Both the position numbers and the translations under genes were made by a program. Positions 55,989-64,000 of a stretch of 64,000 nt of DNA are shown here, in pieces (position 1 is the stretch's first letter; each line of letters starts with the position of its first letter). This DNA is from Geobacteraceae bacterium (lineage in GTDB: Bacteria > Desulfobacterota > Desulfuromonadia > Geobacterales > Pseudopelobacteraceae), in contig JAYTVV010000020.1 of NCBI GenBank assembly GCA_043743795.1, forward strand, positions 2,606 through 66,605, read 5' to 3'. The notes below the pieces were generated by a model. That model had not been told where the DNA came from and did no database searches. It saw only the letters and a list, made by a program, of their open reading frames with translations.

Positions 55989-56387
55989 TTATTTGAGCAG
56001 ATTGAATTGATCGATGATCCTCTGACGGTAGACGGCAATATCCTTTTCAAGCGATTGCAGCGTTGCGACCTTCTGTTTGATGCTTGTGAGATGGGTATCC
56101 AGAAGTTCAATCAGACGCGGCATAATCATCTCAGGGACGTGACGTTCTTTATCATATAACTGAGCCAGTTCCTTCATCTCTTCCAGAGAAAGCCCCAGCT
56201 CCTTGACCTTGAGGACGAACTTGAAACGCGTGATATCCGCTTTTTCATAATACCTGACTCGCCCGTCAGTTCGATTGGGTGGTTCTACCAACCCGAGTTT
56301 TTCATACAGGCGGATTGTTCTGGTAGTAATGCCCAACGCCTCGGCTAAATCACTGATCTGCATATGGTCTTCGTTACTCAGCCTCAT
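55989..56387 (-). CDS. MerR-family transcriptional regulator
   Basis: 132 aa. ISDLAEALGITTRTIRLYEKLGLV HTH. The true start may be the internal MQISD. Confidence 0.8.
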   Translation of the reverse strand: MRLSNEDHMQISDLAEALGITTRTIRLYEKLGLVEPPNRTDGRVRYYEKADITRFKFVLKVKELGLSLEEMKELAQLYDKERHVPEMIMPRLIELLDTHLTSIKQKVATLQSLEKDIAVYRQRIIDQFNLLK

Positions 56388-56601
56388 ACTTCACCTCTGC
56401 GTCAATGAAAGGTATATAGAACCGCGAGCCGTTTTTTGTCAAGATGTTTCAAATCACTGCAAACGTCGCGGCATCCGTCAAAGGCAGAAAAAACAAGCAA
56501 TTTGCACTCGTCACCAACATCGGCTAGAATGGCAATCTACAAGCAGCTCTGCTGTCGAACCTGATGAGAGTAACGATGTTCATCACACCGTAAAGCCAAA
56601 A

Positions 56602-57405
56602 ATGGCAGGGGTCACTGGTATGCTACCTGATACGCAACACTATCGTCCTCTGATTATCGGTCATCGCGGCGCATCGCGGGATGCTCCCGAAAATACGCTT
56701 GAATCATTCCGCTGTGCCTGGGAGCAGGGAGCAGACGGAATCGAAGCAGACTTTCGCCTTACCGCTGATGGGCGCATTGTCTGTATGCATGATGAAACCA
56801 CCGCGCGAACAACCGGCGTTGCCATGAACATTGCAGACACCGATCTGAAGGAGTTGCGCCGCCTTGACGCAGGGCTCTGGAAAAGTACTTCCTGGACTGG
56901 AACCATAATACCGACACTTGATGAGGTACTGGCGGCTCTGCCCGACGGTTCCTGGTTCTTTATTGAAATCAAGAGTGGACCGGAGATAATAGTCCCTCTG
57001 GAAAAGGCTCTGCAGGCATCAGGGCTTTCTCCGCAACGCATCAGACTGCTGTCCTTCAGCGCTCCGCTGATTGCAAAACTCAAGCGACAGCTGCCCGGTT
57101 GGCACGCCTGCTGGCTGTGTGACTACCGGCACACCACGCTCAACAATGCCGGGCATCCCCCTCGGACAGACATACTTGATACTCTCAACCACACTGGTGC
57201 CGACGGACTAGCCAGTGCCAACCGGTCGTTTCTTGACCGGAATATGGTAACGACGCTCCAAGAGCTCGACAAGGAAATACACGTATGGACCGTTGACCGG
57301 TTACCCGCTGCACGACGACTGTGCGCACTGGGTGTTGATTCAATCATGACCAACCGCCCCGGCTGGCTGCGAGAAAAACTATCTCTACACGAGAACGGAT
57401 CATGA
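56602..57405 (+). CDS. Glycerophosphodiester phosphodiesterase
   Basis: ORF 56275..57405 trimmed to ATG 56602. IIGHRGASRDAPENTLESF and GADGIEADF motifs. Confidence 0.8.
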   Translation: MAGVTGMLPDTQHYRPLIIGHRGASRDAPENTLESFRCAWEQGADGIEADFRLTADGRIVCMHDETTARTTGVAMNIADTDLKELRRLDAGLWKSTSWTGTIIPTLDEVLAALPDGSWFFIEIKSGPEIIVPLEKALQASGLSPQRIRLLSFSAPLIAKLKRQLPGWHACWLCDYRHTTLNNAGHPPRTDILDTLNHTGADGLASANRSFLDRNMVTTLQELDKEIHVWTVDRLPAARRLCALGVDSIMTNRPGWLREKLSLHENGS

Positions 57406-59552
57406 ATCACTCCGCGTACCTTGCAACGGGACAGATGATTGCCCTCATGGAGAGTTTTTCCAAAATCAAGGTTATGACCCACGGGCAGGAGTTGATACCT
57501 GAAGGCTCAATCATCTTTGTCGTCAACCATTTTACCCGCATTGAAACGCTGCTGCTCCCCTATCATATCTATACGCATACTCATGTGCCGGTCTGGTCCC
57601 TGGCCCATCACTCTCTTTTTGAAGGTCATTTGGGCGGTTTTCTCGAAAAAATCGGGGCCGTTTCAACCAGAAACCCTGATCGTGACCTGCTGATTGTAAA
57701 AAGCCTTTTAACCGGCGAAACCAACTGGATCATTTTCCCCGAAGGACAGATGGTAAAGAACAAGGAAGCGGTCAGCGGGCCGTCCTTCCTTGGCCTGCAC
57801 AGTGGCGGACGACGGTCGGCCCACACCGGGGCGGCGACACTGGCATTGAGAACCGAGTTTTACCGAAAACGGCTGAATCATCTGCTTGCAGAAAATCCTG
57901 CTGAAGCAGAACGGCTCCGGAATTTGTTCAAAATCGAGGACATGGCTCCGGTTCTGACCGGAAAAACGTGGATCGTCCCGATCAACCTGACCTATTATCC
58001 GCTCCGGGCACGCGAAAACGTACTGAGCACACTCGCAGACCGTTTCGCCGGCAACATCTCCAACCGGCTGCGAGAGGAGCTGCTGACCGAAGGAACGATG
58101 TTTTTTGACGGGGTGGATATTGACATCCGCTTTGGCCAGGCCATACCGGTTTCAGAGTCGCTCACCTCCGCCCGAATCAAGCATGATATGTATTCTCTGC
58201 GCCAAATCAATTTTGACGATCAGCTGCCCTCCCTGCAGGCAATGCGTCGCGAAGCAACCGATCTGATGCATCGCTTCATGTCCGACATTTACCGTATGAC
58301 CACAGTCAATCACGATCATCTTTTTGCGTCGTTACTTAGGGCGCTCCCCTTTAATACCATCTCCGAAGACGACTTCCTCCGGCGGGTTTTTCTGCTGACC
58401 GACCTGGTACCGGACAAAACGCTGGTATTCTGCCATCAAAGTCTTGAAATAGCTCAGGTTGCTCTGCTGACAGACGACCGCTACCACAAATATCGTGATT
58501 TCCTCACGCTTGCTCAGGAAACCGGGGTTGTTCGCTGTGAAAAAGGGTGCCTGCTCAAAATCTCCGCAAACTTTTCTGCCGACAGCGAATTTCATCGAAT
58601 CAGAATCGACAACCCCCTTGGTGTAGCGGCAAATGAAGTACGCCCCCTGTCAGCCTTGAAGCGCCAGGTGCGCTGGCTGGCGTGGCTCCCGGAACTGCTG
58701 ATCAGACACCGGGTTGCAGACGTTTTGATGGGCCAGGCTGTTGACCAGTTTGAAGCTGATTATTCTCGTTTTTATCGTCCGGGTGAGTCTAAAGAGCGTG
58801 ATGTCGGTGCCCCGCTCCTGCTGAAGGGGGCTTCCCGACGATTGGGCATTGTGCTTGTACACGGCTTTCTGGCAGCCCCGCGTGAGATGGTTGAGCTCGC
58901 AGCCTATCTGCATGGCAAAGGGTATTGGGTGTATTGTGTTCGACTTCGCGGGCACGGGACATCACCGGAAGACCTTGCCACACGCAATGGTAACGACTGG
59001 ATTGAGTCCGTGGACATCGGCTACGCCCTGATGAATGCGATCTGCACGCGGGTAGTGATTGGCGGATTTTCTTTTGGTGCAGGTCTGGCGCTGGACAGTG
59101 CTGTTCGTATTACCCGGCTGGCCGGGGTGTTTGCTGTTTCCCCCCCCTTTCGGCTGCAAAACAGTTCATCACGATTTGCTTCTGCAGTGACCACGTGGAA
59201 TAAATTCATGGATACACTCCATTGTCACGAAGCGGCCAAAGAATATGTTGAACATACGTCCGAACGGACACGGGTAAACTATGCACGGGTTCCGCTCGCA
59301 GCATTGTCGGAGTTGGAATACTTCATGAAAAATCTTCAGCCGCGTTTAGCTGATGTAAAAGTGCCGACTCTGATTGTGCAGGCTGACGATGACCCGGTTG
59401 TTGACTTTAAAGAGACAGCACGTATGTTTGATCATATTGGAACGGAACAGAAGCAATTTATCCCCGTCAAGTTCAGTCGTCACGGGATTCTTGCCGGCGA
59501 AGGCTCTGAAAATGTCCATGCTGCTATTGCCGGATTTGTTGAAAAGTTGTGA
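57402..59552 (+). CDS. Fusion protein: PlsC-like acyltransferase N-domain + alpha/beta-hydrolase C-domain
   Basis: 716 aa. NHFTRIE (HX4E variant) and FPEGQM in the N-domain. HGF..GFSFG nucleophile elbow in the C-domain. Start overlaps the upstream stop (ATGA). Confidence 0.65.
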   Translation: MNHSAYLATGQMIALMESFSKIKVMTHGQELIPEGSIIFVVNHFTRIETLLLPYHIYTHTHVPVWSLAHHSLFEGHLGGFLEKIGAVSTRNPDRDLLIVKSLLTGETNWIIFPEGQMVKNKEAVSGPSFLGLHSGGRRSAHTGAATLALRTEFYRKRLNHLLAENPAEAERLRNLFKIEDMAPVLTGKTWIVPINLTYYPLRARENVLSTLADRFAGNISNRLREELLTEGTMFFDGVDIDIRFGQAIPVSESLTSARIKHDMYSLRQINFDDQLPSLQAMRREATDLMHRFMSDIYRMTTVNHDHLFASLLRALPFNTISEDDFLRRVFLLTDLVPDKTLVFCHQSLEIAQVALLTDDRYHKYRDFLTLAQETGVVRCEKGCLLKISANFSADSEFHRIRIDNPLGVAANEVRPLSALKRQVRWLAWLPELLIRHRVADVLMGQAVDQFEADYSRFYRPGESKERDVGAPLLLKGASRRLGIVLVHGFLAAPREMVELAAYLHGKGYWVYCVRLRGHGTSPEDLATRNGNDWIESVDIGYALMNAICTRVVIGGFSFGAGLALDSAVRITRLAGVFAVSPPFRLQNSSSRFASAVTTWNKFMDTLHCHEAAKEYVEHTSERTRVNYARVPLAALSELEYFMKNLQPRLADVKVPTLIVQADDDPVVDFKETARMFDHIGTEQKQFIPVKFSRHGILAGEGSENVHAAIAGFVEKL

Positions 59553-59825
59553 TTCGTATCCGCGTCCCCATCTCTTCTACAGTCCAAGCCGTGGGCCTTG
59601 CGTTCTGTTCTGCCTGACTGCTTTGACCAGACGTAGTACTTTCTTTTCCTTTACAGCCAAACAACGACATAATTGTAAAAGGATATTTTCGTGCACTACT
59701 CTGTGCACACCATCTGCGCCTCTTCGAACTGACGTGCTACACAGTTTTCTTTCGACTTACCACCCTGTTTTATCATAGAATAACAGTGTTAAAATTAGCA
59801 TTCGAGCAAAGTTTGAGTACGTCAC

Positions 59826-60917
59826 GTGCAGACACGTCCCCTTACAATCAAAATAGTTGTGCCATGCCTTATTGCATCGCTGACGGCGCACGTCATGGTT
59901 GTCAAGCTAGCGACATTATTCGCTGCGTTTGACTTCACTGCGCCGGTAAGCGTACCACCCGGCATACAGGTTGATCTGACAGCGCCTCCTCAAGCTATTC
60001 AGCCAACACGACAGCGCCCGCATGTTACCCTTGCCAAACAGGTTACCGGCACATCAGCTGCTGCCCCACTCCTCCCGATTGATGTTCCAATGGTTCCCTT
60101 ACCCTCGACAGCGGCAACGCACCAGCCCCCTGACATCACCACTGGAAACTCAGTCCAGCCACCGGCTACTACGCAAACCAGCACCACAGGTGCTGACAGC
60201 CGTAACGTACCATTCAACACCGGTAATTTTTTGTCAGCGGCGCATGAAACCCTGGAGTACCGCATTCAGATGTTTGGTATTCCCGTGGGGAGCGCACAAC
60301 TTGAGGCTCATGCCAAAAACGGCGATACTTTCATTAGCTTGCATGTCCAGTCTAACAGTACATTTTCTGCCATTTATCCCGTCCATAACGTGATTGAAAC
60401 GCGTCATGTCGCTGAGCGGTATCTTATGGCATCGGTACGACAACAGGAAGGGAGTTTCAAAAGTGATGAGACACTAACTATCAACCCGGAGAAAATGCGG
60501 GTTTCCTGGAGCGACAACCTGCACGGCAAGCAGTTGAAGGTGACGGTGCCAAACCGCGAGGTGCTGGACACTCTCTCAAGCATCTACTATCTGCGTACCC
60601 GCTCACTTCAGGTTGGTACAACAGAAACGTTACATATTTTTTATGGGGAAAAGTATGCGGAAGTACCGGTGGAGATTCTCCGCCACGAGACAGTACGGCT
60701 GGTCAACCTGACTGACGTTGATACGCTGGTGGTTCGCCCATTGCAAAAGAGTGCCGGTATTTTCCGTAGAACCGGTGATATTATGCTATGGCTCACCAAC
60801 GATGCCCGAAAAGTGCCGGTCAAAATTGTAACCACCATTACGCTGGGTGAAGTGACAGCAGAGCTGGTATCCAGCAAAACCATACAACAGGAGTTTCCCC
60901 TAACCGCCACGCCATAA
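59826..60917 (+). CDS. DUF3108-like protein with N-terminal TM and Pro/Thr-rich linker
   Basis: 363 aa, GTG start. YRIQMFGIPVGSAQLE... beta-rich C-domain resembles DUF3108 (from memory). Confidence 0.5.
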   Translation: MQTRPLTIKIVVPCLIASLTAHVMVVKLATLFAAFDFTAPVSVPPGIQVDLTAPPQAIQPTRQRPHVTLAKQVTGTSAAAPLLPIDVPMVPLPSTAATHQPPDITTGNSVQPPATTQTSTTGADSRNVPFNTGNFLSAAHETLEYRIQMFGIPVGSAQLEAHAKNGDTFISLHVQSNSTFSAIYPVHNVIETRHVAERYLMASVRQQEGSFKSDETLTINPEKMRVSWSDNLHGKQLKVTVPNREVLDTLSSIYYLRTRSLQVGTTETLHIFYGEKYAEVPVEILRHETVRLVNLTDVDTLVVRPLQKSAGIFRRTGDIMLWLTNDARKVPVKIVTTITLGEVTAELVSSKTIQQEFPLTATP

Positions 60918-60922
60918 CAAAA

Positions 60923-60948
60923 AACCCCGCCTCTTGCGAGGCGGGGTT
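60923..60948. terminator. Bidirectional terminator between convergent genes
   Basis: aaccccgcctc-ttgc-gaggcggggtt, flanked by an A-run and T-rich sequence. Confidence 0.65.
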
Positions 60949-60975
60949 CCAGTTACTTCATTTCACACCAGCATG

Positions 60976-63102
60976 TTACGGACGTTCTGACGGATACCAT
61001 GCATTACCTGTACGATTATATGCTTTCAGGTATGACAGGCTGGTTGATGCTGTAGAAGCATCAGGTGTCAGGGTGTACAAGGTTCCTATTGTTGGTACAG
61101 CTGCTGCACTTGTAGTGACAGACATATCCATTGTTCCGTTATCAAGGAAGTCAATGGTATCGTACAGCAAGCGACGTACATAGGTACGGGCATGAACATA
61201 GGCTGCTGGTTCGCGGCTTAGCAAGTTAATGTTGAAACAAGCACCAACTAGTTTCTTGGCCTGAACAGTTGTCAACGCGCCACCTTTAGTCCAGTCTTTA
61301 AACTGATTTGCTGAAGCAATATGGTCTGTACTACCAGCAATCCAGAAGTAAGGGTAACTAGCTTGGTCGTAATCAATGCCATATTTCTGGTTCAGGTAGT
61401 ACTTAGCAACTGTCAGAGCATTCTGGAATGGCACTGCCTGTTCTTCTACAAAAACGGTCTTGAAGTTAGCTGCTGTCAATGTTGTTGTACCTTCAGTTGA
61501 ATGGCACTTATAGCACGCTGTATTAAACGAGTTTGCATTGATGCCCCAAGTATGATCCGCATTGCCCATATGACAGGTAACACAAGGGCCACCTTTCAGC
61601 AGGTCTCTGCCAAGAGTATGACTATCGTTAGCCATAGCAGGTGTACCAAGAATACGGTGAGTACTGCCAATTGCTCCACCATCAGCACTTGAAGTTAGGG
61701 AGTTGCCATAGGTAAAAACATACCCTTTAGGAATTGAAGTATAATTTTTGAACGCACCGGCACTGGTAAACAACGGTACATTGGTTGAAGCTGAAGTTGA
61801 TGCAGCAACTCCACTTACTTTAACAGGAGCTGAAGCACTGGTAAATGCCGTAAAACCGTTCTTTACATACATTACGCCAGCAGCAGCCATGTAATGTGAG
61901 TTGAATGAACCAAATGTTGTCGCTGCAAGATTTAGTGTTGTGTTTTCAACATTCTTGCCGCCATTCAAGCCTGCATGGCATGGGAAGCATATATTGGAGT
62001 TGCCAACAAATGCCTTGTCTGGGAATGTGTTAGATGCAACTGTTGATGCAGCGTAAGGAGTAACATATGCTGCTGACAAAGAACGCACGCTGTTCTTGAA
62101 GTCATTGCTGCTGTGACAACCATCGCAGGTCAACGGCTGCTTACCACGAGTCATCGTAGTAGAGAATGCTGCTTTGTTTGTGAAATTATTACCAACAGCC
62201 TTGGCAAAACCTTCTGCTGTATGGCATGAATTACAGACATCTCTCGTAGTAAAGTCATAATGAGCCCATGGCGGAGCAGCAATATCGCCATGCCCAGAAG
62301 CTTCCCACTGAGTCCGCTGCAACTTTCCAGCGCCGTTGATCGGGTTGTGTGGTTCGTGGCAGGCAGAACAGTTAGTACCAGTCAGATTCAGATAACGAGC
62401 AGGATTGGCTTCACCGGCAATCAGCGCAGACGTACTGGTATGCTTAAGCGAAAGGTTTGCACCATGGCACTCAAAACAACGTCCACTTGCTGAAGGGGCA
62501 AGATCCTGATGCTGTGTGCCGTGGCAACCGGCACAGCCGGTAGTGGCACTGCCATTCTTTGCATTAGCAGTCCAGCTAGTATTTGTGTAATGGCCGGATT
62601 GTTTGTAATCCGTTACCAGGTTCTGCCCGGTTATGACACGAGTTGCTTCATGGCAGCTAATGCAGTTGGTATCTGCTGCTTTGACCACAACCGGTGTCAA
62701 TTTAATTGTGCCAACATCAGTTGCCGGGCCTGCAGCAACCGTCACGCCAGTAACAAATCCTTCATAAATTCTGTTGCCAGTAGCGTCAAGCGCATACGCT
62801 GCAACGATTAAATCGTTGCCAGGATACACTTCAACCGAAGGATTGCTCCCTTTGGCGACAGGTGTGCCTTTTGCCGTAGGAATGGCAGGGCCAGTAACGA
62901 TCAACTGGACATTAACAATGTCTGCTACCAATGCGGCTGATTTAGCGCTGGTTTTTCCATCAGGCCAGGCAATTTTAGCGGTTACACTACCATTGCCGGT
63001 TAGGTCAGAACTTACTGATTTGTCATTCACGCCACATGCGGCTAATGCAAATAATGACAGGGCGAACAGTACATACTGCAACTTAATTAGACTGTTTCTC
63101 AT
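60976..63102 (-). CDS. Nine-haem c-type cytochrome lipoprotein
   Basis: 708 aa. Lipobox LFALAAC. Nine CXXCH motifs counted (CISCH, CAGCH, CFECH, CSACH, CNSCH, CDGCH, CFPCH, CVTCH, CYKCH). ~150-aa beta-rich N-domain. Confidence 0.8.
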   Translation of the reverse strand: MRNSLIKLQYVLFALSLFALAACGVNDKSVSSDLTGNGSVTAKIAWPDGKTSAKSAALVADIVNVQLIVTGPAIPTAKGTPVAKGSNPSVEVYPGNDLIVAAYALDATGNRIYEGFVTGVTVAAGPATDVGTIKLTPVVVKAADTNCISCHEATRVITGQNLVTDYKQSGHYTNTSWTANAKNGSATTGCAGCHGTQHQDLAPSASGRCFECHGANLSLKHTSTSALIAGEANPARYLNLTGTNCSACHEPHNPINGAGKLQRTQWEASGHGDIAAPPWAHYDFTTRDVCNSCHTAEGFAKAVGNNFTNKAAFSTTMTRGKQPLTCDGCHSSNDFKNSVRSLSAAYVTPYAASTVASNTFPDKAFVGNSNICFPCHAGLNGGKNVENTTLNLAATTFGSFNSHYMAAAGVMYVKNGFTAFTSASAPVKVSGVAASTSASTNVPLFTSAGAFKNYTSIPKGYVFTYGNSLTSSADGGAIGSTHRILGTPAMANDSHTLGRDLLKGGPCVTCHMGNADHTWGINANSFNTACYKCHSTEGTTTLTAANFKTVFVEEQAVPFQNALTVAKYYLNQKYGIDYDQASYPYFWIAGSTDHIASANQFKDWTKGGALTTVQAKKLVGACFNINLLSREPAAYVHARTYVRRLLYDTIDFLDNGTMDMSVTTSAAAVPTIGTLYTLTPDASTASTSLSYLKAYNRTGNAWYPSERP

Positions 63103-63294
63103 TTGTTTTCTCCTTTTGTTTTTTTCCGAACCAGGTTGGTGTTACATTAACAATAATTTCTCAACATGACTGTTACTGACAAGTAGTTTCTGAGTTATGC
63201 CTGATCACACTCCTTTCGTATTCGTAATTGCGACTTGTTCTAAGTGCATTACAGTAATGAAATAGTTAATTACTCTCCACAGCCAAACGGTACA

Positions 63295-64000
63295 TTATGG
63301 ATTCGCCGTAAACCCGGCAAGCATTATTGCGGCGGTTCCGTCAGCAACCAGCACATCCTGGAACGGCTGGGTAAATGTATAGATAGCTATCGAAGGCGTT
63401 ATTAGATACCTACTGCCGATTTTACCGGTAAACGAATAATACCCGTCAAAGTTACTGGTCACAGTAACCTGGGCTGCACTTCCCTGATCAACAACGACCA
63501 CGTCAACTCCGACGAGTGGTGCTGTTCCGGCGCTATTCAACAGGCGACCGGTGACTACCATGTAATAGTCAAGTGCTGCGCTGGCCGAACCGTTTGCCAA
63601 TGCCGCGCTACCAACCAGCGTGCCGTTTGGTGTTACTATTCCGGCGATTACCGAACCAGCAGGATACACAACTCCAGCCATTATCGTACCTGACGGGAAG
63701 GCTACCCCGCCAACCACCGTGCCTGCCGGATACTGAACGCCACCGATTACCACTCCGTTCGGATAGGTGACCCCACCAACCACGGTGCCGGTGGGATATG
63801 TAACACCACCGATTACCACACCGTTCGGATAGGTGACCCCACCGACCACAGTGCCGTTCGGATAGGTAACGCCACCGATTACCACACCGTTCGGATAGGT
63901 GACCCCACCAACCACGGTGCCGTTCGGATATGTAACACCACCGATGAGCGTGGCTGAAGGATAACTGATGCCACCTACCACAATACCGGTGGGGTAAGTA
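63295..64000 (-). CDS. Tandem 11-residue-repeat protein with C-terminal CarboxypepD_reg-like beta domain (5' end outside window)
   Basis: The reading frame stays open to the window edge (..TYPTGIVVGGISYP..). At least 11 copies of GGVTYPNG(T/V)V(V/I). The C-terminal YYMVVTGRLLNSAG..DGYYSF segment resembles carboxypeptidase-regulatory-like folds. Confidence 0.7.
   Translation of the reverse strand, partial: TYPTGIVVGGISYPSATLIGGVTYPNGTVVGGVTYPNGVVIGGVTYPNGTVVGGVTYPNGVVIGGVTYPTGTVVGGVTYPNGVVIGGVQYPAGTVVGGVAFPSGTIMAGVVYPAGSVIAGIVTPNGTLVGSAALANGSASAALDYYMVVTGRLLNSAGTAPLVGVDVVVVDQGSAAQVTVTSNFDGYYSFTGKIGSRYLITPSIAIYTFTQPFQDVLVADGTAAIMLAGFTANP
63613..64000 (-). repeat. 33-nt coding tandem repeat (alternating two subtypes, 66-nt super-period)
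   Basis: ggtgaccccaccaaccacggtgcc... and ...ccaccgattaccacaccgttcggata units are visible repeatedly in 63700-63960. Confidence 0.85.

Noticed and set aside
63103-63294. Possible GEMM (c-di-GMP/cGAMP) riboswitch upstream of the multihaem cytochrome genes, as is common in Geobacter
   Set aside because: I read the minus-strand leader here, and also 54229-54415. I found none of the conserved GEMM features (paired GNRA/receptor hairpins, ACGCAAAGC-type core).
1-64000. CRISPR arrays, tRNA/rRNA genes, reverse transcriptase/retron or DGR signatures
   Set aside because: I saw no regularly spaced 25-40-bp repeats with unique spacers and no cloverleaf-like or rRNA-like segments. No YxDD-type RT ORF was seen in any frame of the track.

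Overview
This 64-kb window reads like a Desulfuromonadota (Geobacter/Desulfuromonas-type) chromosome. That placement is an inference from multihaem-cytochrome density, gene content and gene order. It falls into three blocks.

(1) 1-12.4 kb is an arsenic island. It holds an acr3/arsC/arsR operon headed by an AAA+ ATPase, and a PstS-like periplasmic binding protein next to a chemoreceptor. It also holds a respiratory arsenate reductase cluster: trihaem cytochrome-arrA-arrB, then arrD and a polyferredoxin-like protein.

(2) 12.4-30.1 kb is mobile DNA inserted into the first codons of smc. A decayed remnant comes first (IS21 end, fused gene fragments, integrase pseudogene). It is followed by an apparently intact ~16.8-kb integrative element, bounded by ~40-bp direct repeats that duplicate the smc start. 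The element carries an integrase, a HigBA-like TA pair, an XRE/AlpA switch, a Rep-type protein with internal iterons and a primase-helicase. It also carries an ORFan operon that includes a 1703-aa protein, and a serine recombinase. I found no recognisable capsid, packaging or conjugation genes.

(3) 30.1-64 kb starts with core genes: smc, ftsY, zapB/zapA-6S RNA-5-FCL, rny, ymdB, tyrS, rnj, plsC, pqiABC and others. It then moves into cytochrome-rich loci: an octahaem cytochrome-rhodanese operon, a nine-haem lipoprotein cytochrome, and an 11-residue tandem-repeat protein that runs off the window.

I saw no rRNA, tRNA or CRISPR array. The best candidates for something undescribed are the ORFan/giant-protein operon of the smc-targeting element and the binding-protein/chemoreceptor pair placed next to arr. 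All functional calls come from reading the translations and motifs by eye; no database search was run.
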